In this document: positions 35,968 through 45,395 of the stretch, one piece after another | Position numbering within the stretch: position 1 is the stretch's first letter | How the letters are laid out: every line of letters begins with the position of its first letter | IMG/VR virus record: IMGVR_UViG_3300031539_000028 | Location: 1-60,286 of that record | Strand: one strand, 5' to 3' | DNA length: 60,286 nt | Origin: a virus | Taxonomy: Duplodnaviria; Caudoviricetes | Translations under genes and position numbers: made by a program | The notes under the pieces: model-generated | The model's database searches: none | What the model was told of the DNA's origin: nothing | The model's input: the letters and a program-made list of their open reading frames with translations, nothing else

Positions 35968-36485
35968 AGGCTGGGCTGGTCGTGAAGGCGTCGACGCTCT
36001 ATCAGCCTTGGGCGACGCTCGTAGCCAAGGGGCTGAAGGTCGTCGAGACGCGGACGACGGATCGCTTCTGGCGGTCGATGCATGGGCGCCCCGTCGCAAT
36101 CCACGCAGGGCGAGCTCGCGTCGACGACGCGTGGGGTGAGATCGTCGATTGGGACCGGGGGACGGCGATCACCGTGAAGGAGCGCGCGCATGAGTGGCCG
36201 CGCGGGGAGGTGGTGGCGGTCTCCCGCGTGGGTCGGGTGTGGCGCTGCACGGGGGACGACGGGCCAGGTGAGCCTATGGGGTGGCGCACCGCGTCCGAGC
36301 TCGCGCTCTGCGACGCCAGGCAGCGCGTGTGCGTCGAGCTCGATAACACTCGCGAGCTCAAGGAGCCAGTGCCGGCTCGGGGCTATCAGGGCCTTTGGGG
36401 CTGGCGTGTGCCGGATCACGTTCAGGAGGAGCTCGCCGGGACGGGGCTCCTGGACGGGCTCGGCTTCGCCGGCGGGGTGCTGTGA
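35964..36485 (+). CDS. ASCH-domain protein
   Basis: TLYQPWATLVAKGLKVVETR, IHAG, PVPARGYQGLW. Confidence 0.85.
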   Translation: MKAGLVVKASTLYQPWATLVAKGLKVVETRTTDRFWRSMHGRPVAIHAGRARVDDAWGEIVDWDRGTAITVKERAHEWPRGEVVAVSRVGRVWRCTGDDGPGEPMGWRTASELALCDARQRVCVELDNTRELKEPVPARGYQGLWGWRVPDHVQEELAGTGLLDGLGFAGGVL

Positions 36486-36501
36486 GGAGAGGAGGCGCAG
36501 C

Positions 36502-36969
36502 GTGTCGGAAGAGGTCAGGGTGAAGGTGAAGGATGTCGAGGCCAGGTGCGCGGCGATCCACAGGGCGGCCAAGGCCGCAGGGATCACGCTGGATCACGTC
36601 TCGATCTCGGAGGAGCGCAGCGTCAGACTGTGCTCGCACTCGGGGCACGCGCCGGATGTCGCGAATCGCTGGCGCGTCGAGATGCAAGCGTGCCACTCCA
36701 CGGATCACGCTACGTGCGTGAAGGTGTCGGCGTCACGTCCGTCGTCCTCCACGCTCGACGGCGTCACGGTGCAGGCGATCAGTCTGTTCGTGGAGCTCTC
36801 CCCGGCGATGGCTGTCACTCCGCTCCCGACGGATGAGCAGTGCGCTCTCGGCGACGTCGACCCGGCCGACTTCGAGGCCGAGGCACTGGAAGCGGCGGCT
36901 GAGATAGCTGCCGGCGAGGCTGACGCGGCGGAAGAGGCCAGGGCTGACGCGCGAAGGGCCGGGGGATGA
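36502..36969 (+). CDS. Hypothetical protein
   Basis: GGAGG RBS before GTG. Confidence 0.6.
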   Translation: MSEEVRVKVKDVEARCAAIHRAAKAAGITLDHVSISEERSVRLCSHSGHAPDVANRWRVEMQACHSTDHATCVKVSASRPSSSTLDGVTVQAISLFVELSPAMAVTPLPTDEQCALGDVDPADFEAEALEAAAEIAAGEADAAEEARADARRAGG

Positions 36970-37283
36970 TGGCGACGCGTGGCTATATTCGCGACGTCTC
37001 GTGCTATCTCACGTGGAGGCATCGGCCCGCCTTTCCGCAGGCGTGTCCAGTCTGTGGTGCCGATACCCGGTGCATGACTAGTCATTACCGCGATGGCCGG
37101 GACTTCAACGAATACCTTTGCGGCAGTGCCTTCCGGTGGAAGCACGCGACGCAGCGACGTGGTATCTGGCGGTTCGTCCGCGAGTGCAATGCAGGGAAGG
37201 ACTCCAATGACAGGGCTCACCCTGATGCAGCCGTGGCCGTGGTGCATCGCTCGCGGGATCGCGACGGTGATCCCGATAGGTGA
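36966..37283 (+). CDS. Cys-rich hypothetical protein
   Basis: ATGA overlap; CPVCG...YLCGS. Confidence 0.5.
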   Translation: MMATRGYIRDVSCYLTWRHRPAFPQACPVCGADTRCMTSHYRDGRDFNEYLCGSAFRWKHATQRRGIWRFVRECNAGKDSNDRAHPDAAVAVVHRSRDRDGDPDR

Positions 37284-37689
37284 GACGCTCGCCGCCGAGT
37301 GGCGCGCGCGCGTCGAGAAGCGCAGGGTGGCGATCCGGTCCAGTGCGAGCGGGATAGACCACGCCGTGCTGGTCGCCATGAAGCAGCGCATGCCGTCAGC
37401 GGACTTCGACGCCTTCTGGCGGGACGTCCTCGAGGCTCCTCTCGGGGCCGTCATCGGGACGGCGCTTGCAGGCTGTCCGTTCGTGGGCGACGAGGTCAAT
37501 CAGCGTGCGGCGCTCGTCAGCGTTCCGAAGGGGACGTCCTGCGCGTCGCTCACTGAGTTCGAGGCGCTCGGCAAGCCGTGCTTCGTCGACGGTCCAGACG
37601 TTCACCTGTCTCTGTCGGAGTGGACGTCTGTCGGAATGATCGGAAGCGCTGCCGCGAGCGATGCCGAGCGGCAGACGACGCTCTTTTGA
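37207..37689 (+). CDS. Degenerate ASCH-like protein
   Basis: LTLMQPWPWCIARG...VAIRSS...PLGAVIGTA. Confidence 0.55.
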   Translation: MTGLTLMQPWPWCIARGIATVIPIGETLAAEWRARVEKRRVAIRSSASGIDHAVLVAMKQRMPSADFDAFWRDVLEAPLGAVIGTALAGCPFVGDEVNQRAALVSVPKGTSCASLTEFEALGKPCFVDGPDVHLSLSEWTSVGMIGSAAASDAERQTTLF

Positions 37690-37745
37690 GGGGGAGCCGT
37701 GGGACGCTCTGCTCAGGTGGCAGCGCGAGCTCGACAGTGCGATAG

Positions 37746-38801
37746 ATGTCTCGGAAGGAGAAGGGCACGGTGAAGTGGTGGGACGAGTCGTGGAATCCTG
37801 TGGTGGGATGCACTCCTGTATCGCCGGCGTGTGACAACTGCTACGCCGCGCGAGACGCCTTCAGGCTCGCACGCGCCGGTGGGAAGTGCTCGAAGTACGC
37901 CGGGCTGACCGAGCTATCGGAGGTCTCCCCGCGAACATCGCCCGCAGAGTATCGAGCGAGGTACAACGGCAAGATCAGGTCCGTGAACGAGGACTCGCCG
38001 ACGTGGACTCAGCCGACGCGGTGGCACAGGCCGCGCACGATCTTCGTCTGCAACATGAGCGACCTGTTCCACAGTGGGACGCCGGTGCCGGCTATCAGGC
38101 GCGTCTTCGAGTCCATCATCATGGAGGATCGGCACCTGTTCCTGCTCTGCACGAAGCGGATCGGCCGCGCGCTCCAATTCATTCAGGACGCCAAGATCGG
38201 ACTCCACGGACAGATCATCGGGGAGCAGCTCGCGGTGCATCGCAGGATTCCGAACGCTTGGATCGGGGCCACCGTCGAGGACGGGCGATGGGCGGCGGTG
38301 CGTCTCCCTGGACTCCGCGAGCTCGCTCCGTTCTTCGGCGGTGCGTTCGTGTCGTACGAGCCGGCGCTCGGGCCCGTCGATTGGGAGAGCCACGTCGGAC
38401 CGGCGGTCGACGACGTCAGACTGGTAGACGCAGGTGGTATCCGCACGCGCGAGCACTGGCTGAGCTGGATCGTCGCTGGCGGAGAGTCGGGAGCGCACGC
38501 GCGCCCGTCTCACCCGGACTGGATCAGGTGGACTCGCGAGTTCTGCAAGAGCTCTGAGGTCCGCTTCACCTTCAAGCAGTGGGGCAGATGGATGCCGGCT
38601 GACGTTCGCGGCGACACCGCTGCCATGTGGGAAGACGGAGAGATGCCGCTCAACGCGGACGGGACTGACTGCCGCGGGGTGGAGTCGCTCGTCTGCCAGG
38701 ACACTGAACTGATGCAGGCAGTCGGGAAGAACACCGCGGGGCGCGTGCTGGACGGAGAGGTTCACGAGTGGGTCCCCAGTGTCGAGGGGGTGCTCGGGTG
38801 A
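37746..38801 (+). CDS. Gp37/Gp68 family (DUF5131) protein
   Basis: WNPVVGCTPVSPACDNCYA, FVCNMSDLFH, TKR, SYEPALG, WIVAGGESG, FKQWG. Confidence 0.92.
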   Translation: MSRKEKGTVKWWDESWNPVVGCTPVSPACDNCYAARDAFRLARAGGKCSKYAGLTELSEVSPRTSPAEYRARYNGKIRSVNEDSPTWTQPTRWHRPRTIFVCNMSDLFHSGTPVPAIRRVFESIIMEDRHLFLLCTKRIGRALQFIQDAKIGLHGQIIGEQLAVHRRIPNAWIGATVEDGRWAAVRLPGLRELAPFFGGAFVSYEPALGPVDWESHVGPAVDDVRLVDAGGIRTREHWLSWIVAGGESGAHARPSHPDWIRWTREFCKSSEVRFTFKQWGRWMPADVRGDTAAMWEDGEMPLNADGTDCRGVESLVCQDTELMQAVGKNTAGRVLDGEVHEWVPSVEGVLG

Positions 38802-39373
38802 CCGACAGGCTAACGCGATACTCACGCCGAGTCGTGCTCATCGGGCAAGCCCCGTGTCGCAAGGGCGATCCGTCGAAGCCTCTGACTGGATCGTCGGGGC
38901 TGAAGCTCGCTCAGCTCGCCGGCGTCGAGTTCCCGGGCGAGTACGCTCGCCTGTTCGAGCGCGTGAACGTGCTCCGCGAATACCGTGGGCCGGCCGCCGG
39001 CGGCAAGGGTGACGCGTTCCCGCTGTCCGAGGCGCGAGCCGCCGCGAAGGCGCTGATGCCGGAGCTCCGCGGGAGAGTCGTCGTCGTGCTCGGGCGGAAC
39101 GTCGCGCGTGCGTTCGAGCTTCATGGACTCGGATGGACGACGTGGTGGCCTGCCTGCGGCGTCGTGTGGGGTGTCATCCCTCATCCGTCTCCGCTGGTCA
39201 GGTGGTGGAACGACTCCGGCAACAGGGCCCAGGCCGCGAGCTTCATGATGCAGGCCGCCGAGCTCTCCCGCGGGATGCACGAGCGGTGGGTCAAGGAGTG
39301 CGCGTGGCTGCGCGCGAGTGCTCGTGTGCCGGGCTACGTGACGAATGTGGGATTCGGGAGGGGGACGCAGTGA
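38798..39373 (+). CDS. Uracil-DNA glycosylase superfamily protein
   Basis: VVLIGQAP...PLTGSSG, VVVVLGRNVA, IPHPS. Confidence 0.75.
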   Translation: MTDRLTRYSRRVVLIGQAPCRKGDPSKPLTGSSGLKLAQLAGVEFPGEYARLFERVNVLREYRGPAAGGKGDAFPLSEARAAAKALMPELRGRVVVVLGRNVARAFELHGLGWTTWWPACGVVWGVIPHPSPLVRWWNDSGNRAQAASFMMQAAELSRGMHERWVKECAWLRASARVPGYVTNVGFGRGTQ

Positions 39374-39603
39374 GGCAGGATGAGCTGGAAGAGGCGGACG
39401 TGGCGAAGCCGGCGAAGCCGGCGAAGCCGGAGGAGCTGGACGCGGGCAAGGGGCGGTTCCTCGTGCTCTCGGCAGACGGGACGACGCTCCTGCAGTCTCA
39501 CTGCTGGCACATCGCAAAGATGCAGACCGGCAAGTCCGCTGGGGCGACGTGCTGGCGGCTGTCAATCTTCAAGGGCGGTGGATCTGTGCAGGTGCTGCCT
39601 TGA
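39370..39603 (+). CDS. Hypothetical protein
   Basis: GTGA overlap; KPA triplet repeat. Confidence 0.5.
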   Translation: MRQDELEEADVAKPAKPAKPEELDAGKGRFLVLSADGTTLLQSHCWHIAKMQTGKSAGATCWRLSIFKGGGSVQVLP

Positions 39604-40049
39604 GCGAGCGCGAGGTCATGTCTGCGGAGGAGCTCGAAGGGCTCCAACTCTTCAGGCCAGGGGAATCCCCCAATGGTGTCGAGCTGTGGGCGCCAGTCGT
39701 GACGCCTTCAGGCGACGTGCAGGGTAACTACATGGTCTCGACTCTCGGCAGGGTGGTGCGCATCGCCGGTGGATGCGGAACGCGGCCCGGAACGATCCTG
39801 CGCACTCCGCCGAGCAGGGACGGCTATCCAACCGTGTGCCTGACGCGCGGAGGAATATGCAAGACGTGGAACGTCCACAAGCTCGTCGCCTCGACGTTCC
39901 TCGGGAGGCCACCGGAGGACATGTACGGCCAGTTCCACGCGCACCACAAGAGCCTCGTCCGCTCAGACAACCGGGCCGTGAACCTCGAGTGGACGTCAGC
40001 GGAGGAGAACCTGAGCTCGTGGTGGCACAAGCATATGGGCGGGAGGTGA
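39600..40049 (+). CDS. NUMOD4-HNH endonuclease
   Basis: ELWAPV...YMVSTLGRV; VHKLVASTF...HHK...DNRAVNLEWTSAEEN. Confidence 0.85.
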   Translation: MSEREVMSAEELEGLQLFRPGESPNGVELWAPVVTPSGDVQGNYMVSTLGRVVRIAGGCGTRPGTILRTPPSRDGYPTVCLTRGGICKTWNVHKLVASTFLGRPPEDMYGQFHAHHKSLVRSDNRAVNLEWTSAEENLSSWWHKHMGGR

Positions 40050-40125
40050 CGCGTGCCTGCTGCGGCAGACGGGTGCATCAGGTTCGTGGACGTTCACCTT
40101 CGTCAGCACAAGTGATGGGAGCGTC

Positions 40126-40332
40126 ATGCTGGGATGGTATGCAGCCGCGGTGCTGTACTGGCTCGGGGTGGTCATGACGGGCGGGGCGCTGTCGATGAGC
40201 GGCAGGCGCACCATGCACCCGGCTCTCGGACTGCTGTGGCCGCTGATGGCGGCGTTCGCCGCCTTCATGTGGTTCAAGCAGACTGGCAGGAGAAGAGGCG
40301 GCAGGCTCCCGCCGGCGTCAGGCGAGGAATAG
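40126..40332 (+). CDS. Small membrane protein
   Basis: Two hydrophobic segments; LLWP motif. Confidence 0.55.
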   Translation: MLGWYAAAVLYWLGVVMTGGALSMSGRRTMHPALGLLWPLMAAFAAFMWFKQTGRRRGGRLPPASGEE

Positions 40333-40349
40333 CGAAGGGAGAGACGCGA

Positions 40350-40949
40350 ATGACACGGATGAAGATCGTGGGCGCAGACGGCGACGTGCCGACGGAGGAG
40401 CGTCCCCGAGAGCTGGGCCTGTTCGTCGACCCGGGGTCCATCGAGACGGGCTGGTGTGTGGCCAAGCCCACGCCTGACTTCGGCCTGTCCGTGATCGCCG
40501 CGGGGACAATCAAGCGTCCGAAGGGCATGTCCCCGCTGCTCAGGATCGACGGCATCCGGTGCGACATGATGAGCTTGATGAATAAGCTTCATCCTGACCT
40601 TGGCGACTTCGTGGTCGAGGTCACGTCTGGCAAGGTGAACCGGGCTCGCCACGGAGGGGGAGGGGCCGGGCTCGGAGTTCACGGGATGGCCGTCGGCACG
40701 CTCTGGACGATGGGGCTCATGTGGCGGCCGGCCGGAGGAGCCGGGCCCACCGTGACTCCCGTCCCCGAGAACGTGTGGAAGGCTGGCTTCGGGAAGCTGA
40801 AGAGCGCGCACGTAGCCAAGAGGTATTTCGAGCAGTACGACCCGTCCACCGACCCGGAGTTCAACATCGCAGATGCGGTGGCGTTGGCGGTCTGGTACTA
40901 CACCCTTTGGATGCGCAAGCGGGCGGAGAAGAGCGGGGGCGGCAGGTGA
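40350..40949 (+). CDS. RuvC-like Holliday junction resolvase
   Basis: FVDPGSIETGW, VVE, PENVWK, NIADAVALA. Confidence 0.75.
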   Translation: MTRMKIVGADGDVPTEERPRELGLFVDPGSIETGWCVAKPTPDFGLSVIAAGTIKRPKGMSPLLRIDGIRCDMMSLMNKLHPDLGDFVVEVTSGKVNRARHGGGGAGLGVHGMAVGTLWTMGLMWRPAGGAGPTVTPVPENVWKAGFGKLKSAHVAKRYFEQYDPSTDPEFNIADAVALAVWYYTLWMRKRAEKSGGGR

Positions 40950-41650
40950 TGGCGTCTGACGAGGTCCGCGGAGCGTACGACGCGCTGGCTCCGATCTACG
41001 ATCAGGCCTACTCTGACGCCGTGTCGCTCGCGGAGGATCACGCGCTCGGGCTCGCCCTCAGGGTGGCCGTCGATGCATTCCACATCCCCGTCGTGGTCGA
41101 CTTCGGATGCGGGACGGGGCACGCTCTCACGATCATCAAGCGATTCGGGGGGCTCCCGCACAGGTACACCGGGATCGACCTGAGCCGCGAGATGATCGTC
41201 CGGATGCTCCTGAAGCATCCAGAGGCCAGGTCCGTCTCCGGACCCGCTGGCCTGCGAGTGCTCCCGAGTGAGTCTGCCAACGTCGTCGTGTCGACGTTCG
41301 GGATGCTCAGCTACGTGTCGACTCCGCGCACGGTGATCGGGAACATGGCTGCGGTGCTCATCCCGGGGGGCCGGTTCGTGATTCAGGCGTACGGCAGACG
41401 ATACCACGACGGCAAGAGCCTGTGCTCGTCGCTCCCGTGCCGGCTCTACTCGGTGGCAGAGCTCGAGGGGATATGCAGCTCCGCGGGGCTCGAGGTGAGC
41501 CGCGCGTGGAGCACGGGGGCGATCCTTCGGCGGCTCCCGTCCAGTCTTCCGGCGGCGGCTCTGAGAGCCGCGGCCGTCGCTGAGCGTGTGGCAGGCAGGG
41601 CGCTGGCGGACCACGGCAGGTTCCTGACCGTCGAGGGGAGACGAGTCTGA
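40949..41650 (+). CDS. Class I SAM-dependent methyltransferase
   Basis: YDALAPIYD, VDFGCGTG, YTGIDLSREM, LIPGGRF. Confidence 0.88.
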   Translation: MASDEVRGAYDALAPIYDQAYSDAVSLAEDHALGLALRVAVDAFHIPVVVDFGCGTGHALTIIKRFGGLPHRYTGIDLSREMIVRMLLKHPEARSVSGPAGLRVLPSESANVVVSTFGMLSYVSTPRTVIGNMAAVLIPGGRFVIQAYGRRYHDGKSLCSSLPCRLYSVAELEGICSSAGLEVSRAWSTGAILRRLPSSLPAAALRAAAVAERVAGRALADHGRFLTVEGRRV

Positions 41651-42804
41651 TGGGGAGCAGAAACCTAGGCATGAACGTGTTCGACGCAGCCATGACGCGC
41701 ATGCGGGAGCTCTACGCCCGCGGCGACAGGGTGGTGGTGTCGTTCAGCGCCGGCAAGGACTCCGGCGTGTGCGTCGAGCTGTGCGTGATGGCGGCCCGCG
41801 AGGAGGGCCGTCTGCCGATCGACGTCGTGATGCGCGATGAGGAGATCATGTTCCCGGGCACGTTCGAGTACGCCGAGCGCGTCGCGGCCCGCCCTGAGAT
41901 CAACTTCCACTGGGTGATCGCCAATCAGCCCATCCTGAACGCGTTCAACCGGGCCGACCCATACTTCTGGACGTTCGACCCGGAGCTCTCGCCGGATGAG
42001 TGGGTCAGGCGCCCGCCCGACATCGCGAAGCAGATCGCGGAGAAGAACATCGAGGCGCTCGTGACGCCGGAGAAGTTCCCGATAAAGGACGGGCAGAGGC
42101 TCTTCGACGTCGTCGGACTCAGGACGCAGGAGAGCGTTCGTCGCAAGCTCGGCCTTCACTCCTCGGGAGGCTACCTCACGGGGGAGAATCGGTGGGGCAT
42201 CCGGAAGTGCCGGCCGATCTACGACTGGACGGACGGAGACGTGTGGCTCGCGCATCAACGATTCGGGTGGGACTACAACCACGCCTACGACGTGATGAAC
42301 AGGATGGGCGTGCCGAGGAACAACCTCAGGATCGCACCTCCCACGCTGAACGTGGCGGGGCTGAACACGCTGAAGGTGGCAGCCGCCGCATGGCCGAGGT
42401 GGTTCGAGCGCGTGTGCGCGCGGCTCGACGGGATTCGCTCCGCGGCTCAGTTCGGCCGTCGAGCGTGCTCCCCGATCAGGCGCAGCGGCGAGTCGTGGGA
42501 GGACTGCTATCGACGGACGTGCATCGAGGAGGCGCCCGACTGGATAGCCGAGCGTGCCAAGCACGCGGCCGACTACTACTCGAAGCGACATCCTGTCCAC
42601 TCGACGGAGCCGTTCCCGCAGGTGAAGGCGTGCCCCAACTGCCCGGGCGGACGCTCGGTCGCATCGTGGCGTGCTCTTGCCAGCGCCATGTGGAGCGGCG
42701 ATCCCTTCTGCATGAAGGTCACGGCGATAGGCCTGCCGTACATCGAGCCTGAGTTCTTCCGTCCAGGGGCCGGGACGTGGGGAGGCGGGAAACCATCATG
42801 GTAG
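41650..42804 (+). CDS. PAPS-reductase-family PP-loop protein (IbrA/YbdN-like)
   Basis: VSFSAGKDS, DEE, VGLRTQESVRR, PIYDWTDGDVW; C-terminal CPNC. Confidence 0.88.
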   Translation: MGSRNLGMNVFDAAMTRMRELYARGDRVVVSFSAGKDSGVCVELCVMAAREEGRLPIDVVMRDEEIMFPGTFEYAERVAARPEINFHWVIANQPILNAFNRADPYFWTFDPELSPDEWVRRPPDIAKQIAEKNIEALVTPEKFPIKDGQRLFDVVGLRTQESVRRKLGLHSSGGYLTGENRWGIRKCRPIYDWTDGDVWLAHQRFGWDYNHAYDVMNRMGVPRNNLRIAPPTLNVAGLNTLKVAAAAWPRWFERVCARLDGIRSAAQFGRRACSPIRRSGESWEDCYRRTCIEEAPDWIAERAKHAADYYSKRHPVHSTEPFPQVKACPNCPGGRSVASWRALASAMWSGDPFCMKVTAIGLPYIEPEFFRPGAGTWGGGKPSW

Positions 42805-43532
42805 TCGACCGCATGCCGGACGGCTCGTGGCGATACGGCGACGCCGGTGACCGCTTCCCGATCAGCCCAGGCGACGTGTGGGCATCGGGGGGCCATGTGC
42901 TCGCGTGCGGGGACATCGAGCGCGGCTCGGCGGATGAGCTGCTGAACAGGTTCGCCCCGCGCGGGCCAGCCTGCGCGTACACCGACCCGCCGTTCAACGC
43001 GGCTCAAGCGACGTCGTTCCGGACGAAGGCCGGGGTCAACCGGCGCGTCGACTTCGACGCGTTTCTGGACAAGCTCATGACAGCGGTCTTCAGGGTGTTC
43101 GGATTCTCGTGGGTCGAGACGGGGATCGAGAGCGAGGCGCAGCTCCTCGCCGCCGTCAGCAGGGTGAGCAGGGAGCCCGTCAGCGCCAGGCGCTTCGAGG
43201 TCACCTACTACGGCAAGGCTCCATCGCTGCTGTTCGCGTTCGCCCGCCCGGGCTTCGGAGATGCGCTCTTCTGGCTGCCAGACCTGAGAGGGATGGACGA
43301 CGAGCGCACGCCGCGGGAGGCGATCTTGGCGTCGTGCGTCGAGGGGGCCACCGTCTTCGACCCATGCCTGGGACGAGGTCTCACTTGCAGGACGGCTCAG
43401 GAGAACAACCGAAAGTGCATCGGGATGGAGCTCCATCCGCGCCGGCTGGCGTGCGTGCTGGCATGGCTGAAGGATGAGCACGGGCACTCGCCGAGCAAGG
43501 TCGGCGAGCTGGAAACCATGAAGGGGGCGTAG
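42798..43532 (+). CDS. Amino-methyltransferase-like protein (beta-class motif order)
   Basis: HVLACGD, YTDPPFN (motif IV) before VFDPCLGRG (motif I), GMELHP. Confidence 0.75.
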   Translation: MVVDRMPDGSWRYGDAGDRFPISPGDVWASGGHVLACGDIERGSADELLNRFAPRGPACAYTDPPFNAAQATSFRTKAGVNRRVDFDAFLDKLMTAVFRVFGFSWVETGIESEAQLLAAVSRVSREPVSARRFEVTYYGKAPSLLFAFARPGFGDALFWLPDLRGMDDERTPREAILASCVEGATVFDPCLGRGLTCRTAQENNRKCIGMELHPRRLACVLAWLKDEHGHSPSKVGELETMKGA

Positions 43533-43534
43533 CG

Positions 43535-44494
43535 ATGCCTGACGATCAGAAGCAGGGAGAGGCCGACGAGGTGAACGCGAAGGCGCAGCGCACGAAGCTG
43601 AGCGCCATGAAGCGCAAGACCAAGAAGGCTATCGAGCGAAAGGCCACAAAGCTCGAGAGACTTGAGATCGCCTACGTCAAGGTGGACGCTCTCAGGCCGA
43701 ACACGTACAACCCTAACAGGCAGAATGAGCACGACTTCGAGCTCCTGATGCGGTCGATGGAGGAGGACGGCTTCACCCAGCCTGTTGTCGCCCTCAGGGA
43801 CGGCGAGATCGTGGACGGCGAGCACAGGTGGCGGGCCGCGAAGCAGCTCGGATACGACGAGATCCCCGTCGTCTTCACCGACATGACGCCCGCACAGATG
43901 AAGATCGCCACTCTCAGGCACAACCGCGCCCGCGGCTCCGAGGACGTGGAGCAGTCCGCTCAGGTGCTCCGCGACCTCAGAGAGCTCGGCGCGCTAGACT
44001 GGGCCCAGGACTCTCTGATGCTCGACGACGTCGAGATGTCGAGGCTGCTCGAGGACATCGGCGCACCGGAGTCGCTCGCGTCCGAGGAGTTCGGGGAGGC
44101 GTGGGCTCCGGAGCGCGGGATCACGTCATCCGATGGATACGAGGTCGGCGTCGAGGTGGCGGCTCACGACGACGGGGCAGGAAGCATCAACGCATCCGCC
44201 GCGACGACCCGCGCCAAGGAGGATATCAGGGAGCGCGAGAAGCGAATCGCAGCCGCCAAGACCGAGGAGGAGCGGCAGATGGCATCCCGAGAGATGAAGC
44301 TCTTTCGCCTCTCGTTGACGTTCGCCGGTGAAGAGGCTACAGTGATCAAGAGGGTGCTCGGCAAGAGGTCAGCTGAGCGCCTCTTGGAGCTCTGCCATGC
44401 GGAACTCGACAGGCAGGGGCTCGGCGAGGAGCCAGCGACGGCTGCTCTGGAAACGGAGAGCGAGGCGCAGAGTTCGGATTCGCAAGAGCCATAA
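43535..44494 (+). CDS. ParB/Srx-domain protein (IbrB/YbdM-like)
   Basis: PNTYNPN, GFTQPVV, IVDGEHRW, ATLRHNRARG. Confidence 0.88.
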   Translation: MPDDQKQGEADEVNAKAQRTKLSAMKRKTKKAIERKATKLERLEIAYVKVDALRPNTYNPNRQNEHDFELLMRSMEEDGFTQPVVALRDGEIVDGEHRWRAAKQLGYDEIPVVFTDMTPAQMKIATLRHNRARGSEDVEQSAQVLRDLRELGALDWAQDSLMLDDVEMSRLLEDIGAPESLASEEFGEAWAPERGITSSDGYEVGVEVAAHDDGAGSINASAATTRAKEDIREREKRIAAAKTEEERQMASREMKLFRLSLTFAGEEATVIKRVLGKRSAERLLELCHAELDRQGLGEEPATAALETESEAQSSDSQEP

Positions 44495-44499
44495 GGATC

Positions 44500-44599
44500 G
44501 AGCGTTGTGACCACGAGTTACCGCACGGTTACGAAAAGTGCTGACGACCCGGCTTTTTCATGTTTGGGCGAGGAGCCTTCGCCCGCGCGCGTATAAGAG
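44500..44599 (+). promoter_or_regulatory. ~100-bp repeated regulatory element, copy 2 (before terS)
   Basis: Matches 33311-33409; TATAAG at 44592-97. Confidence 0.8.
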
Positions 44600-44613
44600 T
44601 GCGAGGTGCGGCT

Positions 44614-45276
44614 GTGGCAAAGAGCGATCACAAGAGCCGGGCAGTGAACAGGGCGCTCGGCGTCGCCCGAGTCCCGTGGGAGATTCAGGAGGGCGAGACG
44701 TCCAAGGCCTTCGAGGCATTCGTCGTCTACCGGGGGCTGCCACCGTCCGAGCGCAGCGTGGAGAAGGCCGGAAAAGTGCTCGGCAAGTCGACTGGCACTC
44801 TGGATCGCTGGACTGCCAAGTACGGGTGGGTCAGGCGTGCCCGGGCGTGGGACGACGAGCAGGACGCCGCGACTCGCAATGCCGAGCTGGAGTCACGGCG
44901 GAAGATGGGAAAGCGGCACGCGCAGCAGGCTCAGACCTTCGAGCGGCTCCTGATGGAGCCGGCTATGGCTCTCGCCGAGAAGCTCCGGGACAAGGAGTTC
45001 ACGGAAGGCTTCAGGAACAAGATATCGGTGCTTGAGCCTGGCGACCTGCTCGCTCTCGTGCGCGCCTGCGCGGGCGCCTATCCGTCGCTGATGCGTGCCG
45101 AGCGTCTCGCCAGCGGAGAGAGCACGGAGAACATCGAGGGGCGCGTCGCTGTGCATCAGGTCAAGGCGGTCGCTGCGAGGATCGCGGCGAGGGCGGCCAA
45201 GTACATACCTGACGAGAAGCTGCCTGCGTTCCTGAGCGACCTGAAGGCGGACCTTGCGAACGAGCTCGGCGAGTGA
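44614..45276 (+). CDS. terS: Terminase small subunit (putative)
   Basis: PWE...GETSKAFEAFVVYR...RWTAKYGWVRRARAWD HTH-type N-terminus; immediately upstream of terL. Confidence 0.75.
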   Translation: MAKSDHKSRAVNRALGVARVPWEIQEGETSKAFEAFVVYRGLPPSERSVEKAGKVLGKSTGTLDRWTAKYGWVRRARAWDDEQDAATRNAELESRRKMGKRHAQQAQTFERLLMEPAMALAEKLRDKEFTEGFRNKISVLEPGDLLALVRACAGAYPSLMRAERLASGESTENIEGRVAVHQVKAVAARIAARAAKYIPDEKLPAFLSDLKADLANELGE

Positions 45277-45303
45277 GGGACTCGCCGAGCTCCAGATGAG
45301 GGG

Positions 45304-45395
45304 AGGCCAGCGTGGCAGCGTGACACAACGGGGGAGGTCGCCCGGCACCCACCCCAGTGACAGGAGCGTGCCGGGCGATTCCGTTGACCAGGCCT
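45304..45395. other. Nested stem-loop between terS and terL
   Basis: aggcc/ggcct, caacgg/ccgttg and tcgcccggcac/gtgccgggcga nested stems. Confidence 0.6.

Noticed and set aside
43535-44494. ParABS partition system of a plasmid-prophage
   Set aside because: No ParA ATPase; the motifs and neighbours match the IbrB/YbdM-like ParB domain
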